Positions 61,103 to 64,000 of a DNA stretch of 64,000 nt are shown in pieces. The notes under the pieces were generated by a model. That model saw only the letters and a program-made list of their open reading frames with translations, searched no databases and was not told where the DNA came from. Position 1 is the stretch's first letter. Each line of letters opens with the position of its first letter. The position numbers and the translations under genes are program-made. The stretch is from an uncultured Candidatus Rokubacteria bacterium (GTDB taxonomy: Bacteria; Methylomirabilota; Methylomirabilia; Rokubacteriales; DASRDR01): contig CAWDVE010000016.1 of NCBI GenBank assembly GCA_963805625.1, forward strand, positions 160,001 to 224,000, written 5' to 3'.

Positions 61103-62337
61103 CCGCGCTCCTCTCGCACCTCGGCCACGGCCTGGCACACGTAGGCCACCTCGGCCTCCGTGAGGGTCGCGCCCGAGGGCAGGTAGAACCCACGCTGGCA
61201 GAGCTCCTCAGCCACCGGGAAGCGTTGCCCGCGGAACAGTTCATAGTAGATCGGCTGCAAGTGGATGGGAATGAAGAACGTGCGGGTCTCGATCCCCCGG
61301 CGGGCGAGGCGTTGCCGTAGCTCGTCCCGGGAGATCCCGAACGCGTCCTCGACGACGACCCCGTACATCCAGTAGACGTTCTTGGCCCAGGGTCGTTCCA
61401 CCGGCAGCGTGAGCCCGGGGATCCGCTTGAGCCGCGCCGAGTAGCGCGCGGCGTTCGCGCGGCGGATCTGCACGAACTCCTCCAGGCGTTCGGTCTGGGC
61501 GAGCCCCACGGCGGCCTGCATGTTGCTCATCCGGTAGTTGAACCCGAGGTACTTGTGCCAGAAGTGCCGATCGTCTGAGAAGGCGTGGTCGCGGAGCCGG
61601 CGCCCGAGGCGCGCGATCTCGGGGTCGTTGGTCGTGACCATCCCCCCCTCGCCCGTGGTGATGATCTTGTTCGCGTAGAAGGAAAAGGAAGCCGCCTGGC
61701 CGATGCTCCCGGCGGGCCGGCCCCGGTAGGTCGCGCCGTGGGCCTCCGCGGCATCCTCGAGGACCCACAGGCCCCGGCGCTCGGCCAGCTCCATGACCGG
61801 GTCCATGTCGACGGGGTGGCCGTAGGTGTGGACGACGATGATGCCCTTCGTCCGGGGCGTGATGGCGCTTTCGAACCGCGCCGTGTCGGGGTTCCACGTG
61901 TCGCGCTCCGAGTCGACCAGCACCGGCGTGGCGCCCGTGTAGCGGACGGCGTTCGCCGTGGCGATCATGGTGAAGGCGGGCAGGACGACCTCGTCACCAG
62001 GCCCGAGGCCGAAGGTCACCAGGGCGAGATGGAGCGACGTGGTCCCGTTCGAGCAGGCGACCCCATACCGGCACCCGACCATCTGAGCGAAGGTGTCCTC
62101 AAACTCCCGGACGAAGCGGCCGGCCGAGGAGATCCAGTTCGACTGGATGCACTGGGTGAGATAGCGCAGCTCGTTGCCGTCCAGGCGCGGGTCCGAGACG
62201 GGGATGATCCGGCGGGTCAGGGCCTCCTCCACGACCGGGATGCGGGGGAGGCGGACCTCCAGCGCCGGCTCGGGCCCCGGCACGATCTTCGAGAGCTCGG
62301 CCATGATGTTCTCGGGCAGGCGGGTCTCTTCGATCAC
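61099..62337 (-). CDS. Second DegT/DnrJ aminotransferase (perosamine synthetase-like)
   Basis: SNWISSAG, SNGTTSLH, VHTYGHP, EDAAEAHG, FSFYANKIITTGEGG, GFNYRMSN. GTG overlaps the upstream stop. Confidence 0.92.
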   Translation of the reverse strand: MIEETRLPENIMAELSKIVPGPEPALEVRLPRIPVVEEALTRRIIPVSDPRLDGNELRYLTQCIQSNWISSAGRFVREFEDTFAQMVGCRYGVACSNGTTSLHLALVTFGLGPGDEVVLPAFTMIATANAVRYTGATPVLVDSERDTWNPDTARFESAITPRTKGIIVVHTYGHPVDMDPVMELAERRGLWVLEDAAEAHGATYRGRPAGSIGQAASFSFYANKIITTGEGGMVTTNDPEIARLGRRLRDHAFSDDRHFWHKYLGFNYRMSNMQAAVGLAQTERLEEFVQIRRANAARYSARLKRIPGLTLPVERPWAKNVYWMYGVVVEDAFGISRDELRQRLARRGIETRTFFIPIHLQPIYYELFRGQRFPVAEELCQRGFYLPSGATLTEAEVAYVCQAVAEVREERG

Positions 62338-63059
62338 GGCCGGTCCTCCTCGGTGCGGCTCTCGCGTCGCAGCCGCCGGATGGTTTGGGCGTAGCGGAAT
62401 CCCAGGGCCGCGAACCGGCGAAGGCTCGGGCTGGTCTTGGTCGTGCCCGCGCGGCGCTCCACGCATGCGTAGGGCACCTCGACCACCCGGAGGCCCTGGC
62501 GGCACGCCCGGTGCAAAAAGTCGATGCAGTAGTCACCGTAGACGTGGTCCGCGCGGATGGGCACGCGCTCGAGCGCCGACCGCCGGGCCGCCACGAAGCC
62601 GGAGGTCCAGTCGCGGACCGGGCCCCCGAGCGCGAGCGTGCCGAAGGCGTTGATCGCCCGGGACGCGAGGATGCGCGCGGCGGAGTCCCGGGCGTCCCGG
62701 CCGCCGGCGGCGTAGCGCGAGGCGACGGCGACGTCGGCGTTCGCCGTCGCCGCCACGAGCGTCGGGATAACGCCAGCCGGCATCGAGCCGTCGGCGTCGA
62801 GCCACACCACCACGTCGCCCCGCGTGTCCGCGATGCCCTCGGCGATGGCCGAGGGGAGCCCGCGGCGGCCCACCCGGCGAAGGGCGCGCGCGCGCCGGTC
62901 TCCGGCAAAGGCGGTCTCGACCGCCTCCCAGGTGCGGTCCGGGGAGTCGTCGTCCACGACCAGCACCTCGACGTCGCCAACCAGGTCGAGGATCTCGCCG
63001 ACCACGCCGACGATGACGTCGCGCTCGTTGTACGTGGGCAGGACCACCGAGGCCGTCAC
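62334..63059 (-). CDS. GT2, DPM1-like polyprenol-phosphate glycosyltransferase
   Basis: VVLPTYNERD, VDDDSPD, RRGLPSA, LDADGSM, ASRY, RDWTSGF, GTTK. Confidence 0.9.
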   Translation of the reverse strand: MTASVVLPTYNERDVIVGVVGEILDLVGDVEVLVVDDDSPDRTWEAVETAFAGDRRARALRRVGRRGLPSAIAEGIADTRGDVVVWLDADGSMPAGVIPTLVAATANADVAVASRYAAGGRDARDSAARILASRAINAFGTLALGGPVRDWTSGFVAARRSALERVPIRADHVYGDYCIDFLHRACRQGLRVVEVPYACVERRAGTTKTSPSLRRFAALGFRYAQTIRRLRRESRTEEDRP

Positions 63060-63784
63060 GCCGCCGCCTTCCGTGCCACCAGCACGACCGAGCTGCCGAA
63101 GGGCAGCGGGCCCACGCGGAGGAGGGCCCGCTCGACCGCCTGCACTCCGAGGAGCGCAGTATTGAGCGGGCGAGGCAGCGGGAACACGTCCGAGCCGGCC
63201 GCGGCGCCGCGCCGGGCGAGGCGCACGGCCGCTACGACCGGGAAGACGAGGCAATAGGCGTACGAGGCGAGGACCGGCGTGAAGCCCGCGGCCCGGACTC
63301 GCTCGACGAGCTCGCGCCGCGTGTAGCGGCGGGCGCCGTGCACCGCCTCGTCGTGTGCCGAGCGGAGCCACTTGAAGGCCGAGTCGGTCACGAGCAGCAG
63401 GCCGCCGGGGCGCAGGACCCGGTGACATTCCCGGAGCACGTCGCTCTCCGAGACCACGTTCCGGTGGTAGAGCAGGTCGAGGCAGAGGCAGGCCGCGAAC
63501 GTGCCCTGGCGGAAGGGCAGCGCCTCGGCCCCGCTTCCGGCGAGGCGCGCGAGCCCGCGCCGCCGGGAGAGCTCGAGCGCGGCCGGGTCGGCGTCGACGC
63601 CGACCCAGGTACCCTGCCGGGCGAGGACGGCCAGCGTGCCGCCCGCCCCGCACCCCACGTCGAGACCCGGGCCGCCGAGGACGCCGTAGCGCCGCAGGAG
63701 CGAGAGGATCAGGGTGCGCTTCGAGCGGAACCACCAGTGCGTGTCCTCGAGATCGAAGTGCTCGGTGAAGACCTGCGCGTCCAT
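63056..63784 (-). CDS. Class I SAM-dependent methyltransferase
   Basis: EDTHWWF, LDVGCGAG, LPF, RVLRPGG, HD....H..RRY. Confidence 0.9.
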   Translation of the reverse strand: MDAQVFTEHFDLEDTHWWFRSKRTLILSLLRRYGVLGGPGLDVGCGAGGTLAVLARQGTWVGVDADPAALELSRRRGLARLAGSGAEALPFRQGTFAACLCLDLLYHRNVVSESDVLRECHRVLRPGGLLLVTDSAFKWLRSAHDEAVHGARRYTRRELVERVRAAGFTPVLASYAYCLVFPVVAAVRLARRGAAAGSDVFPLPRPLNTALLGVQAVERALLRVGPLPFGSSVVLVARKAAA

Positions 63785-63825
63785 CGGTCATGCCACCCGG
63801 CGGCCGCGCGCCGCGCCAGCCGGGC

Positions 63826-63999
63826 TCATGCCGCGCCTCCGCCGAAGACCTGCCCCACGAAGTCGAGGTACTGGCGTGTGATGCCCGGCCAGCGGTAGCG
63901 CGCCTCGACGTAGGCCCGGCCGCGCTCGCCGAGCGTCTTGCGGAGAGGCTCGTCGCCGAGCAGCGAGGCGGCGACCTCGCCAAAGTCGCCCGGCGCCCG
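63826..63999 (-). CDS. GT4 glycosyltransferase, C-terminal end (5' part outside window)
   Basis: Manual translation DFGEVAASLLGDEPLRKTLGERGRAYVEARYRWPGITRQYLDF*, a typical GT4 tail. Confidence 0.75.
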   Translation of the reverse strand, partial: RAPGDFGEVAASLLGDEPLRKTLGERGRAYVEARYRWPGITRQYLDFVGQVFGGGAA

Positions 64000-64000
64000 G

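Overview
Very GC-rich (roughly 70% by eye) bacterial DNA, probably from a long-read metagenome assembly. The gene style would fit Candidatus Rokubacteria/Methylomirabilota, but that is an unverified impression. Bases 1-22 kb are a mixed metabolic region: a hybrid kinase tail, dihydropyrimidinase-like amidohydrolase, two MFS transporters, PcaF-type thiolase, a fused and broken peptide ABC transporter, Ser/Thr dehydratase, DUF1989, JmjC, RidA, D,D-carboxypeptidase, SagB-type oxidoreductase and a class III aminotransferase. Bases ~22-64 kb form a >40 kb cell-envelope glycosylation locus that runs off the right edge. It holds about seven large GT-C-type membrane proteins, several with discoidin, CBM6/35-like or ILEI modules. 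It also holds five polyprenol-phosphate-sugar-synthase-like GT2s, three LPG-synthase-TM (putative flippase) genes, a DPPR-synthase-like UbiA, AsnB, an acyltransferase, NDP-sugar enzymes, two DegT aminotransferases and a radical SAM enzyme. No Wzx/Wzy/Wzz/Wzm-Wzt genes were recognised. This lipid-donor/GT-C array is the best candidate for an undescribed system. A 3.7 kb garbled segment (51.7-55.4 kb) contains a 309-nt C-free AT-rich tract and is most likely a sequencing artefact. A recurrent TGnTAnnnT extended -10 motif suggests several leaderless transcripts. No CRISPR array, rRNA, complete tRNA or transposase was found.
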